The notes: generated from the letters alone by a model not told the origin. Positions 43,729 to 56,334 are shown, counted from the stretch's first letter. The stretch is 64,000 nt of DNA from Octopus vulgaris (GCA_951406725.2 CATOCA020000020.1:9001-73000), one strand, 5' to 3'. Numbers and translations: made by a program.

Positions 43729-46700
43729 TCACAGGCGAAACCTGAGAACTGGTCCATTTATACAGGCCAGTCTCGCACAATTCACCCACCTTTCATAAAA
43801 CTTGCTATCGGACAGCACTTTCCTCTCTAACCTCATCTTCCTTTTCAAGTGAAACTTGAAAAAGTTGATGAGGCCTTGACCAAAGAGGAAAGTGTCTGAC
43901 TTTAGCCCTTTCAAACGAGTCCACCACACGACTTCTTTCGCCACAGCCACAAGGCACAAGAAAACGGCCTCGCCCTCCTTGTTAAAGGAGGTCGGCGGGG
44001 CAATCTTCACTATGGATTCGGCCGATAGTCGGATCCGTCCTACACGTGACAGTAGCTGTTCGACATAAACCCATATTTCAGCAATACTCGGGCACTGGAC
44101 GAGTGCGTGCAGAACGGTTTCGTCGTCCTGGCAACACCTCGGGCAGGCCCGGCTGACGGCACTTCCGTGCCGGTAGAGTTTATCTCGAACAGGCAGAGCC
44201 CCTCGGTAGCACTGCCAGGCGAGAGACCTCTGGAAATTATCCATCGGCCCCGGCCCGAAAGTCCTCCCGAACAGACCGCTCAGTTCGTCGTCTTCAACGC
44301 CTAGAGTTTCCCCGAGAACGTCGTCGCATTTTTCCTCCACTAACCCTCTATAGAACGCTAGAGTGGAGCTGTAACCGACCGCATTGCCCGCCTGGTGGAG
44401 GGCGGAGAGGGCTTGACGGCACTCGAGGTGCCAAGCGCCCTTTCTCGGTCTACGTTTGATCCAGGTCTGCAGCTCCGTCAAAGAGACGAGCTGCGGAAAA
44501 TCGCGTCTGACAAAAGACGACCACACCTGTTCACCGTCTAGGAAGCGCTTGAGATGCCGCAGCCTGAGCGCATGTCTGCGCAACAGCAACCACGGCATTC
44601 CAAGGCCTCCGTTCAGCGGTCGTTGACAGCAGATGGATCGCCTGACCAGTGGCACCTGACCCTTCCACAAAAAGTCGAAGAGCAGGTGTACCAGCTTGGC
44701 CAACCAGCGGTCGGGACAAGGGACGACGGTCAAGCGGTAATAGATGACGGATGCGATGTACGCATTCGCCACCTCCGCTCGACCTTTCAGGGACAGCTTC
44801 CTCTCGGCCCATTTCTGGGTGAGACGTGCCACCCTGCTCGTCACCTCTTCCCAGTTCTTATCCACCTGGAGGTCCGGACCGAACCAGACCCCGAGCAGTT
44901 TAACGGGTCCGTCTGTCCAGCGCCCTACGACGCTGTTGGACGGCATGGGCTTGCCTCTCCAGGTGCCCAGTTGCAAGCCCACAGACTTTTCCGCGTTAAT
45001 CTTTGCCCCTGTCACCGCTTCGTACTGGTTTAGCGTCTCGCCAATCAGGCCAATGTGCCTGTGGCTCGACACCACCACGGTGACGTCGTCGGCATAAGCA
45101 GACACGCTGTTTCCGCCTCCTAGATCGCGCGGGATGCCCCTCAAAGCCTCCAACTTGCGCAGTAATGGCTCGAGAGTCAAAATGTACAAGAGGGAGGAGA
45201 GAGGGCATCCTTGGCGGACCGAACGCGAGATGTCGAACGGTTCCGAAAGGTGACCGTTCACCCGTATCACCGAGCAGATGTTGCTGTATAAAGCAGCGAT
45301 CCACCCGCGGAAGACTGGACCGAAGCCGGCTGCCTTGAGGACAGCTGCCAGGTACCGATGGTCGACCCTATCGAAGGCTTTACTCTGATCCAAGTTGATC
45401 AAAGCCCCACCCGCGCCAGCGTCGTTACCCACCCTCTCTATGATGTAGCGCATGAGATGGAGGTTGTCGTGTATCGACCTGGTCGGCACGGCGCATGTCT
45501 GCGTCCCGCCGACCAGCTTGTCCACGACAAGCGCCAATCTCTTGGCTAACACCTTGGCCAAAATCTTCAACTCTGCATTGAGCAGAGTGATGGGCCGGAA
45601 ATTGCCTATAACGTCCCCCTTGTTTGGGTCCTTCTTTAGCAAAGCCACCACCCCTCGACAGACAAAAGCAGGAATTCTCCCGTTTTGCTGCCAGTTGCAG
45701 TAGACGTTTGCCAACAGGTCCGCAAACAAGTCTGGCATTGAAAAGTAAAGCTCGTAGGGCAGACCATCCAAACCCGGCGATCTACCTCTCGTGCAACTCT
45801 TCATCGCTTCCTGTACTTCCCAGGCAGATATCGGTCCTTCGCAGCACTCTGCCTCGCTGTCCGAGAGTTGCGGCAGTCCGTCCAGGTACACACCGAAGTC
45901 TGTACCGTTGGTGTCCGTTCCACCGCTCGTCCCAAACAGTTGAGCAAAGTGCCGCTGAAGTACCGTACACATCTGCTTCGGTTGGGTAACCTCGCGCCCG
46001 TTCTGGTCCACCAAAGACCGAATGGTTGCTCTGTTGCCTCGCTTCGCCTCCGCCACGCGGGCCCATCGAGCGGCTCTAGTCCCCTCCCCGCTTAGCGAAC
46101 GTGCCTTAGCTCTGACAACGCAGCCTTCGTGTTTGGCGTCGAAGTGTTGGTCGAGGGCCAACCTTGCCGCCAACACGTCGGTCGCGATGCCAGTGTCAAG
46201 AGCCTCGTCTAGTTTCTTAACTAAATCCCGCTCTCTCTTCCTACGTTCAATAGCTAGAGTCTTACTATACCTAATCGACTCTACTCTAATTGCTCTCTTG
46301 AGGGCAAACCACCAGTTGTTGTTGATGATTGCCCCCGTGAGCGCCCGCTTAACTAGTAAACTAATCCGGTCTCTGTAAGCTTTGCACGCCGTTAACGACG
46401 CGTTCAGCTTCCAGTAGCCGGGTCCCTGTCTATGTAGCCTATCTAAGTCGACCGTACAGATCACTAATTTGTGGTCCGTATATTCGACTAGGTGGAATTG
46501 TGGACACCCTACGCTGTCCTTATCCGCTGGCCTACAAAACACTCTATCTAAGTACGATCTAGACGACCCGATGCGGTTTGTCCAAGTCCACATTGGCACA
46601 TTCGGGTTGTCTAGTCGAAACCTGTCGGACAGCTGAAAGCGGCCGAGTAGGTTGGCGAGGCTCTTGCACCCTCCCCCTCTCCTAACAGACGCTCCCCTGC

Positions 46701-47163
46701 CCACCCGATCGAAACGTTCGTCTAAGACAGCGTTCCAATCCCCAACTAGTACTAGAGTGCGTGACGTTCCCAGGAAAACTTCCAGACGTTTGAAATAATC
46801 CGACTGCCCTGCTCCTGTCGGAGCGTAGGCAGCCAGCAGTCTGAAAGCACCGCCGTCACTACCGTCCACGTCGAGGACCACCAACTTACCTTCCGGATCC
46901 AAGAAGACTGTTCTTATTTTCAGGTCCAGGCCCTTCCGAAACAACACCGCAGTACCACCACCGCCCGCTCCCGGCCGACACGGAGATAGAAATATCTCGT
47001 ATCCGCCGAAAAGGGCTGCGAGTTCCTGCGGGTCGGAGAGCCTGGTTTCACTGATGGCTGCTATATCCACATCATGAAACCTCAGGTCGTTTAACAGGTG
47101 ACCCTGTTTCCAAGGTGACCCGAGGCCTCTCACATTCAAGCAACCGATTCTAAGATTTGCCAT
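43729..47163 (-). CDS. ORF2 APE-RT, 1144 aa, intact
   Basis: Same motifs as above. Confidence 0.97.
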   Translation of the reverse strand: MANLRIGCLNVRGLGSPWKQGHLLNDLRFHDVDIAAISETRLSDPQELAALFGGYEIFLSPCRPGAGGGGTAVLFRKGLDLKIRTVFLDPEGKLVVLDVDGSDGGAFRLLAAYAPTGAGQSDYFKRLEVFLGTSRTLVLVGDWNAVLDERFDRVGRGASVRRGGGCKSLANLLGRFQLSDRFRLDNPNVPMWTWTNRIGSSRSYLDRVFCRPADKDSVGCPQFHLVEYTDHKLVICTVDLDRLHRQGPGYWKLNASLTACKAYRDRISLLVKRALTGAIINNNWWFALKRAIRVESIRYSKTLAIERRKRERDLVKKLDEALDTGIATDVLAARLALDQHFDAKHEGCVVRAKARSLSGEGTRAARWARVAEAKRGNRATIRSLVDQNGREVTQPKQMCTVLQRHFAQLFGTSGGTDTNGTDFGVYLDGLPQLSDSEAECCEGPISAWEVQEAMKSCTRGRSPGLDGLPYELYFSMPDLFADLLANVYCNWQQNGRIPAFVCRGVVALLKKDPNKGDVIGNFRPITLLNAELKILAKVLAKRLALVVDKLVGGTQTCAVPTRSIHDNLHLMRYIIERVGNDAGAGGALINLDQSKAFDRVDHRYLAAVLKAAGFGPVFRGWIAALYSNICSVIRVNGHLSEPFDISRSVRQGCPLSSLLYILTLEPLLRKLEALRGIPRDLGGGNSVSAYADDVTVVVSSHRHIGLIGETLNQYEAVTGAKINAEKSVGLQLGTWRGKPMPSNSVVGRWTDGPVKLLGVWFGPDLQVDKNWEEVTSRVARLTQKWAERKLSLKGRAEVANAYIASVIYYRLTVVPCPDRWLAKLVHLLFDFLWKGQVPLVRRSICCQRPLNGGLGMPWLLLRRHALRLRHLKRFLDGEQVWSSFVRRDFPQLVSLTELQTWIKRRPRKGAWHLECRQALSALHQAGNAVGYSSTLAFYRGLVEEKCDDVLGETLGVEDDELSGLFGRTFGPGPMDNFQRSLAWQCYRGALPVRDKLYRHGSAVSRACPRCCQDDETVLHALVQCPSIAEIWVYVEQLLSRVGRIRLSAESIVKIAPPTSFNKEGEAVFLCLVAVAKEVVWWTRLKGLKSDTFLFGQGLINFFKFHLKRKMRLERKVLSDSKFYERWVNCARLACINGPVLRFRL

Positions 47164-47202
47164 GTCTCAAAATTAGGGGAAAAAAAAAGGAGAAAAAAGG
47201 CT

Positions 47203-48024
47203 CTACTTACTGTTGTTGGTGGTGGGGGTGGCTCCCTTGTGCTTTTGCACGGGTGCTTCAATAATATTTTTGTAAAGTTTCTGAGAGAAACTTTTCCCTA
47301 ACGATCCCACATCGTTAGGGAATATTTGTTTTATTTCATTGTACACTGTTTTGTTTATTTTTATTGTGAGAATGTGTGCTGGTGGTGTGTTGTGTGTAGG
47401 TATTATGAAATCTGTAATGTTTGTGCTTGTTTTGTTTTTCAAATACTCAACCAGTTCCTGGTTTCTTGTATTCACTGCTGTAATCGTGTCTGTAATTGTG
47501 TCTGTGTTTGTTTGTGTCTGTGGTAGTGGCAGTAGTGGTGTCGAAAGTGTTGTTGTTGTTGTTTGTTGTTGTGAGTGTGTGTTGTTGTTGATGTTGTTGT
47601 TGATGTTGGGAAGTACTATTTGTTCGTGCTTCCCCTGTAAAACTTTTTGTTTTTTCCTCCTTTTCTTTTTTGGAGGTACTATATTCCATTCTCCTTTGTT
47701 GGAATCCGAGCTCGCACAATCCGAGATCTCTTCATCCGGCAAAGGAATGGTTGAGGGTCTGCTTCAGTAGCAGGACGAAAAGTTTCTGGTTCCACCGGTA
47801 TCGGTGGTGCCGCTGCTCCTGTTACTGTTGATGTCGCTGCTGTCGACCTTCGAGGTACTGGTGTCGGTGTTGGTTTGGTGGTGGTTGTCGGTGTTGGTTT
47901 GGTGGTGGTTGTTGTTGTTGGAGGTGGTGTTGTTCGTCTTGGTGCTGGTGTTGGTGATGGTGTTGGTGGTGTGGCAGCCTTTGGTTTTTCTTGCTGTTTT
48001 TGTTGTTTCTGTTGTTGTTGCTTG

Positions 48025-48055
<31 letters not shown>

Positions 48056-49087
48056 GCTGCTGCTGCCTCTTGCTATACTCCTCCATTCTCTTTTTTTGAA
48101 TGGGGCAGTCCCTTTTTAGGTGGCTTTCGCTACTGCAGAGGAAACATTTTGGCTTTCGCCCCTCTACAATAACATTTAGCCTGGTCCCATCCAGCAAGAT
48201 GACAAAGTCAGGTATGGCATTGATGTTTTCCTGCTGGATCTGTACCAGCAGTTGAATACCCATGCCTGACCAGTTCTTTTCTCGTACCCTCCGAACATTC
48301 AGAATAGTGGCAGTGTCCTCTATGCCATAGAGGACAGCCGCCACTAGCCATGAGATTTTCTGTTCGGGGGGTATTGTGCTTATAGTTATTTTTTGTACCT
48401 TACGCCCGAGGTACGTCGGGACGAGGAACAAATGTTCATTTTGCAAGGGCGAAATGGCGTTCGCCCTTGCAAGCTCCTCTGTTGGGAAGCGAACCTCCAC
48501 GGTTCCAAATCGCTTCCCTCTTGTCACATAGCTCTTCTGGCCCCAAATGGGCTTCAGAGCCATCTCCAACTGTTGTGGTGTGGCGTTAAACAATCTTTTA
48601 GTTTTCTTTTCGAAGACTTTATAAAAGATTGTTCTTTTGCTTGTTTCTTGTGTGAGTTGTTGAGGTGTGTTGAGGAAAACACTGTTCCCCTCCTTTCTCA
48701 ACAAATCTTGTGCCATTTTTATGTCCTCCATTGTAATTTCTACATCTTCCGAAATTTGCTTCGCAGCAGAAGCAAAATCGTTAGAAGCTTTTACAGTTTT
48801 TTGTTGGTTCTTGTCTGTGTTTGTGTCTGTTATAATTTTCTTTACCTCCCCCTTCGGTACAGCATCACTTGTTGAAGGCAGAGGGGGAAATCAAGAGTGA
48901 CGTCGAACGCGACGTCCTGGCATGCATTCTCCTTTTGAACCGAGCGCGTGCTCTCCGGTTCGGAAGGAGGAGCTTTGTTGCCTTTTACGGCCTGAAATGG
49001 GTTGTACGTAACCCGTGACGTTATTTTTTGTTCTTGTAGGGGGTGTTGCAAGAAGGAGGAAGAGCCAGCAGCTCGTTTCAGTGCCAT
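47203..49087 (-). CDS. ORF1 (homopolymer frameshifts)
   Basis: ORFs 48842-49186, 47679-48731 and 47203-47742. Confidence 0.82.
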
Positions 49088-49606
49088 TTTGTAATGTGTG
49101 TGTGCAAAAAATGTCAATTTCAAAAGGATAGACAGTAATTTCACCCCGAATGGGGCAAAATTTCGCCCAACCGACGAGCTCCGCAAGAAGCCGGTCGGTT
49201 TGGCTACAAAAATATTAAAAAATATTCAAGCTTATTAAAAAATTTCCAATAAAATTGGCACAAAACTCACAGAGCTGATTCACGTACGTCCATCGGCGTC
49301 GGAAGGAATAATAATAATAATAATCAATTCTTTTTTATTGGCCACAAGGGCTGACACGCATGATTACATAAAGGGACAAGACAGGACGAAAGGTTACAAA
49401 GGGTTTTGTCCGTTTGTTAAAAACATCCGAGTAAAAATCTTTATAACAATGATTATAAAATTCAACAATGAAAAACTCCCAAAAGGGGAGACGTCTCGAA
49501 ATGTTCCCGGTGGAAAAAACCCTACAAAAGCCAACGGGAGCCTGGTCAAAAAGGGGGTGTAGAGAGTCCCCTTTCTTCTCCTTTTACATTACCTTTTTCT
49601 TTGAAA

Positions 49607-52600
49607 TCACAGGCGAAACCTGAGAACTGGTCCATTTATACAGGCCAGTCTCGCACAATTCACCCACCTTTCATAAAACTTGCTATCGGACAGCACTTTC
49701 CTCTCTAACCTCATCTTCCTTTTCAAGTGAAACTTGAAAAAGTTGATGAGGCCTTGACCAAAGAGGAAAGTGTCTGACTTTAGCCCTTTCAAACGAGTCC
49801 ACCACACGACTTCTTTCGCCACAGCCACAAGGCACAAGAAAACGGCCTCGCCCTCCTTGTTAAAGGAGGTCGGCGGGGCAATCTTCACTATGGATTCGGC
49901 CGATAGTCGGATCCGTCCTACACGTGACAGTAGCTGTTCGACATAAACCCATATTTCAGCAATACTCGGGCACTGGACGAGTGCGTGCAGAACGGTTTCG
50001 TCGTCCTGGCAACACCTCGGGCAGGCCCGGCTGACGGCACTTCCGTGCCGGTAGAGTTTATCTCGAACAGGCAGAGCCCCTCGGTAGCACTGCCAGGCGA
50101 GAGACCTCTGGAAATTATCCATCGGCCCCGGCCCGAAAGTCCTCCCGAACAGACCGCTCAGTTCGTCGTCTTCAACGCCTAGAGTTTCCCCGAGAACGTC
50201 GTCGCATTTTTCCTCCACTAACCCTCTATAGAACGCTAGAGTGGAGCTGTAACCGACCGCATTGCCCGCCTGGTGGAGGGCGGAGAGGGGCTTGACGGCA
50301 CTCGAGGTGCCAAGCGCCCTTTCTCGGTCTACGTTTGATCCAGGTCTGCAGCTCCGTCAAAGAGACGAGCTGCGGAAAATCGCGTCTGACAAAAGACGAC
50401 CACACCTGTTCACCGTCTAGGAAGCGCTTGAGATGCCGCAGCCTGAGCGCATGTCTGCGCAACAGCAACCACGGCATTCCAAGGCCTCCGTTCAGCGGTC
50501 GTTGACAGCAGATGGATCGCCTGACCAGTGGCACCTGACCCTTCCACAAAAAGTCGAAGAGCAGGTGTACCAGCTTGGCCAACCAGCGGTCGGGACAAGG
50601 GACGACGGTCAAGCGGTAATAGATGACGGATGCGATGTACGCATTCGCCACCTCCGCTCGACCTTTCAGGGACAGCTTCCTCTCGGCCCATTTCTGGGTG
50701 AGACGTGCCACCCTGCTCGTCACCTCTTCCCAGTTCTTATCCACCTGGAGGTCCGGACCGAACCAGACCCCGAGCAGTTTAACGGGTCCGTCTGTCCAGC
50801 GCCCTACGACGCTGTTGGACGGCATGGGCTTGCCTCTCCAGGTGCCCAGTTGCAAGCCCACAGACTTTTCCGCGTTAATCTTTGCCCCTGTCACCGCTTC
50901 GTACTGGTTTAGCGTCTCGCCAATCAGGCCAATGTGCCTGTGGCTCGACACCACCACGGTGACGTCGTCGGCATAAGCAGACACGCTGTTTCCGCCTCCT
51001 AGATCGCGCGGGATGCCCCTCAAAGCCTCCAACTTGCGCAGTAATGGCTCGAGAGTCAAAATGTACAAGAGGGAGGAGAGAGGGCATCCTTGGCGGACCG
51101 AACGCGAGATGTCGAACGGTTCCGAAAGGTGACCGTTCACCCGTATCACCGAGCAGATGTTGCTGTATAAAGCAGCGATCCACCCGCGGAAGACTGGACC
51201 GAAGCCGGCTGCCTTGAGGACAGCTGCCAGGTACCGATGGTCGACCCTATCGAAGGCTTTACTCTGATCCAAGTTGATCAAAGCCCCACCCGCGCCAGCG
51301 TCGTTACCCACCCTCTCTATGATGTAGCGCATGAGATGGAGGTTGTCGTGTATCGACCTGGTCGGCACGGCGCATGTCTGCGTCCCGCCGACCAGCTTGT
51401 CCACGACAAGCGCCAATCTCTTGGCTAGCACCTTGGCCAAAATCTTCAACTCTGCATTGAGCAGAGTGATGGGCCGGAAATTGCCTATAACGTCCCCCTT
51501 GTTTGGGTCCTTCTTTAGCAAAGCCACCACCCCTCGACAGACAAAAGCAGGAATTCTCCCGTTTTGCTGCCAGTTGCAGTAGACGTTTGCCAACAGGTCC
51601 GCAAACAAGTCTGGCATTGAAAAGTAAAGCTCGTAGGGCAGACCATCCAAACCCGGCGATCTACCTCTCGTGCAACTCTTCATCGCTTCCTGTACTTCCC
51701 AGGCAGATATCGGTCCTTCGCAGCACTCTGCCTCGCTGTCCGAGAGTTGCGGCAGTCCGTCCAGGTACACACCGAAGTCTGTACCGTTGGTGTCCGTTCC
51801 ACCGCTCGTCCCAAACAGTTGAGCAAAGTGCCGCTGAAGTACCGTACACATCTGCTTCGGTTGGGTAACCTCGCGCCCGTTCTGGTCCACCAAAGACCGA
51901 ATGGTTGCTCTGTTGCCTCGCTTCGCCTCCGCCACGCGGGCCCATCGAGCGGCTCTAGTCCCCTCCCCGCTTAGCGAACGTGCCTTAGCTCTGACAACGC
52001 AGCCTTCGTGTTTGGCGTCGAAGTGTTGGTCGAGGGCCAACCTTGCCGCCAACACGTCGGTCGCGATGCCAGTGTCAAGAGCCTCGTCTAGTTTCTTAAC
52101 TAAATCCCGCTCTCTCTTCCTACGTTCAATAGCTAGAGTCTTACTATACCTAATCGACTCTACTCTAATTGCTCTCTTGAGGGCAAACCACCAGTTGTTG
52201 TTGATGATTGCCCCCGTGAGCGCCCGCTTAACTAGTAAACTAATCCGGTCTCTGTAAGCTTTGCACGCCGTTAACGACGCGTTCAGCTTCCAGTAGCCGG
52301 GTCCCTGTCTATGTAGCCTATCTAAGTCGACCGTACAGATCACTAATTTGTGGTCCGTATATTCGACTAGGTGGAATTGTGGACACCCTACGCTGTCCTT
52401 ATCCGCTGGCCTACAAAACACTCTATCTAAGTACGATCTAGACGACCCGATGCGGTTTGTCCAAGTCCACATTGGCACATTCGGGTTGTCTAGTCGAAAC
52501 CTGTCGGACAGCTGAAAGCGGCCGAGTAGGTTGGCGAGCTCTTGCACCCACCCCCTCTCCTATCAGACGCTCCCCTGCCCACCCGATCGAAACGTTCGTC

Positions 52601-53041
52601 TAAGACAGCGTTCCAATCCCCAACTAGTACTAGAGTGCGTGACGTTCCCAGGAAAACTTCCAGACGTTTGAAATAATCCGACTGCCCTGCTCCTGTCGGA
52701 GCGTAGGCAGCCAGCAGTCTGAAAGCACCGCCGTCACTACCGTCGACGTCGAGGACCACCAACTTACCTTCCGGATCCAAGAAGACTGTCCTTATTTTCA
52801 GGTCCAGGCCCTTCCGAAACAACACCGCAGTACCACCACCGCCCGCTCCCGGCCGACACGGAGATAGAAATATCTCGTATCCGCCGAAAAGGGCTGCGAG
52901 TTCCTGCGGGTCGGAGAGCCTGGTTTCACTGATGGCTGCTACATCCACATCATGAAACCTCAGGTCGTTTAACAGGTGACCCTGTTTCCAAGGTGACCCG
53001 AGGCCTCTCACATTCAAGCAACCGATTCTAAGATTTGCCAT
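49607..53041 (-). CDS. ORF2 with two 1-bp frameshifts (~50288, ~52538)
   Basis: ORFs 52490-53041, 50226-52547 and 49607-50218. Confidence 0.82.
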
Positions 53042-53082
53042 GTCTCAAAATTAGGGGGAAAAAAAGGAGAAAAAAAAAGGCT

Positions 53083-53908
53083 CTACTTACTGTTGTTGGT
53101 GGTGGGGGTGGCTCCCTTGTGCTTTTGCACGGGTGCTTCCACAATGTTTTTGTAAAGTTTCTTCGAGAAACTTTTCCTAGCGATCCCACATCGTTAGGGA
53201 ATATTTGTTTGATTTCATTGTACATATGTTTTGCATTTATTTTTATTGTGAGAATGTGTGCTGGTGGTGTGTTTTGTGTTGGTATTATGAAATCTGTTAT
53301 ATTTGTGCTTGTTTTGTTTTTCAAGTACTCAACCAGTTCCTGGTTTCTTGTATTCACTGCTGTAATCGTGTCTGTAATTGTGTCTGTGTGTGTTTGTGTC
53401 TGTGGTAGTGGCAGTAGTGGTGTCGAAAGTGTTGTTGTTGTTGTTTGTTGTTGTGAGTGTGTGTTGTTGTTGATGTTGTTGTTGATGTTGGGAAGCACTA
53501 TTTGTTCGTGCTTCCCCTGTAAAATCTTTTTGTTTTCTTCCTCCTTTTCTTTTTGGAGGTACTATATTCCATTCTCCTTTGTTGGAATCAGAGCTCGCAC
53601 AATCAAAGAGATCTCTTCATCCGGCAAAGGAATGGTTGAGGTCTTCTTCAGTAGCAGGACGAAAAGTTTCTGGTTCCACCGGTATCGGTGGTGCCGCTGC
53701 TCCTGTTACTGTTGATGTCGCTGCTGTCGACCTTCGAGGTACTGGTGTCGGTGTTGGTTTGGTGGTGGTTGTCGGTGTTGGTTTGGTGGTGGTTGTTGTT
53801 GTTGGAGGTGGTGTTGTTCGTCTTGGTGCTGGTGTTGGTGATGGTGTTGGTGGTGTGGCAGCCTTTGGTTTTTCTTGCTGTTTTTGTTGTTTCTGTTGTT
53901 GTTGCTTG

Positions 53909-53948
<40 letters not shown>

Positions 53949-53969
53949 GCTATGCTGCTGCCTCTTGCT
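53083..53969 (-). pseudogene. C-terminal half of ORF1, divergent variant
   Basis: ORF 53028-53498 has private changes (KINAKHMYNE, QTHTD, PTQNT). Confidence 0.7.
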
Positions 53970-56332
53970 GGCTTCTCCATCACCAACACCTTTTAGGTGG
54001 CACCAAGACGAGCAACATTTTGGCCTCAACAACAACAACCACCACCAAACCAGCACCTGACAACCACCACCAAGCCAACACCGACACCAGGTACCTCGAA
54101 GGTCGACAGCAGCGATCATCAGCAGTTGAATACCCAGGAGCAGCGGCACCAGTTCTTTTCTCGATACCGGTGGAACCATTCAGAATACTTTTCGTCCTGC
54201 TACTGCCGCTCAGACCCGCAGAACCATTCCTTTGCCAGTCGGGGAAGAGATCTCGGATTGTGCGAGCTATGATTCCAACAAGGAAAATGTGATACCTTAG
54301 TGCCTCAAGAAAAAGGTACGTCGAAGAAACAAAAAGAGGTTTACAGTTCATTTTGCACGAAGGGCGAAATAGTGCGTTCGCCAACATGCAACAAGCAACA
54401 ACAACAAGCACACACTCACACAACAACAAATCAACAACAACAACACTTGTCGACACCACTACTGCCACTGGCCACACACACAAATGGGCACACACAGACA
54501 CAATTACATCAATAAACACAAACTGAACCAAAAACCCCAGTGGAGTACTTAAAAAACAAAATCTAGTACAAGACTTTATAGATTGTTCTTTTGCTTGTTT
54601 CTTGTGAGTTGTTGGTGTGTTGACCAACACAAAACACACAAGTTCACACATTCTCACAATAAAAATAAATGCAAAATCATATGATGAAATCAAACAAATT
54701 TATGTCCCTAACGATGTGGGATCGCTAGGGAAAAGTTTCTCGAAGAAACTTTGCTATAAAAACAATGAAGCACCCGTGCAAAAGCACAGAGGCCACCCCA
54801 CCACCAACAACAGTAAGTAGAGCCTTTTACAGTTTCTCCTTTGTTGGTCCCCTACTTTGAGACATGTGTCTGTTATAATCTTAGAATCGGTTGCTTGAAT
54901 GTGAGAGGCCTCAGGTCACCTTCAGAAACAGGGTCACCTGTTAAACGACCTGAGGGGGTTTCAAGATGTGGATGTAGCAGCCATCAGTGAAACCCAGGCT
55001 CTCCTGACCCGCAGGAACTGCAGCCCTTTTGAACCGAGCAGATACGAGATATTTCTATCCACGTGTCGGCGGAGGAGCGGGCGGTGGTGGTACTGCGGTG
55101 TTGGAAGAGGCCTGGACCTGAAAATAAGGACAGTCTTCTTGGATCCGTGAAGGTAAGTTGGTGGTCCTCGACGTCGACAGTAGTGACGGCGGTGCTTTGC
55201 AAGAAGGCCTACGCTCCGACAGGAGCCAGGGCAGCTCGGATTATTTCAAACGTCTGGAAGTTTTCCTGGGAACGTCACGCACTCTAGTACTGGTGGGGAT
55301 TGGAACGCTGTCAATTTCAAAAGGACGAACGATAATTTCACCCCAGATAGGGCAGGGAGCGTCTGATAGGAGGGTGCAAGAGCCTCGCCAACCCTCGGCC
55401 GATTTCAGCTGTCCGGCTACGGTTTTCGACTAGACAACCCGAATGTGCCAATGTGGACTTGGACAAGCCGCATCGGGTCGTCTAGATCGTACTTAGATGC
55501 GTGTTTTCACGTAGGCCAGCGGATAAGGACAGCGTAGGGTGTCCACAATTCCACCTAGTCGAATAATACGGACCACAAATTAGTGATCTGTACGGTCGAC
55601 TTGATGAGCTAAGACAGGGACGGCTACTGGATAGCTGAATGTCCTGATGCAGTATCAAGCTTACAGAGACTGGCTCTAGTTTACTAGCTTAAGCAGTCTT
55701 AGCTGATTGGCCAGTATCATCAACAACAACTGGTGGTTTGCCCTCAAGATGGTCAATTACAGTAGAGTATTCGATTAGGTAATACCGTAGGACTCTAGCT
55801 CAGTTGAACGTGGACCAGAGAGAGCGGGATTGGTGGCTGACGAAACTAGACGGGCATCTTGACACTGGCATTATCGCGCAACCGACGTGTTGGCGGCAAG
55901 GTTGGCCTCGACCAACACTGACGCCAAGCCTGAAAGGAATTCTTTGCGTTGTCAGAGCTATAGGCATTCGCCTTCGCTAAGCGAGGAGGGACTAGAGTGT
56001 TTCGATGGGCCCCGCGTGGCGGAGGCGAAGCAGGCAATTCAGAGCAACCATCTCGGTCTTTTGCGGGATAGGCCCATTGAACGGGCGCGGGTTACCCAGA
56101 AAAAAATTCCAACTGGGCCCGGTACTAAGATCATGCGCTGTTTGTCTAGATTAAGATCAACCATGTTTGGGACAGGCGGTGGAACGGATACCAGCAGTTG
56201 CAGACATGTCGGTGGTGTACCCTTGGACGGACTGCCGACGGGTAGTCACTCTCGGACAGCGAGGCAGACCTTCGTATATTTTACCCCAGTGGGAAGCATG
56301 CACATGAAGAGTTGCACGAGGGTAGATCGCCG

Positions 56333-56334
<2 letters not shown>

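Larger units (their letters stand above)
43429..49306 (-). mobile_element. Tx1-like LINE unit 8 (5878 bp)
   Basis: Junction to junction. Confidence 0.95.
1..53970 (-). repeat. Head-to-tail tandem array of a ~5.87 kb Tx1/L1-type non-LTR retrotransposon (8 complete + 2 partial units)
   Basis: The same junction GGAAGG(AAT)5-6CAATTC recurs, with the AAT tract starting at 2355, 8219, 14089, 19957, 25823, 31694, 37563, 43429 and 49307 (periods 5864-5878 bp). The same ORF set repeats each period. Confidence 0.97.
49307..53970 (-). mobile_element. Tx1-like LINE unit 9, broken in ORF1 (next to the polyQ) at the orientation switch
   Basis: Colinear with the other units up to ...cctcttgct at ~53969. 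Confidence 0.9.
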
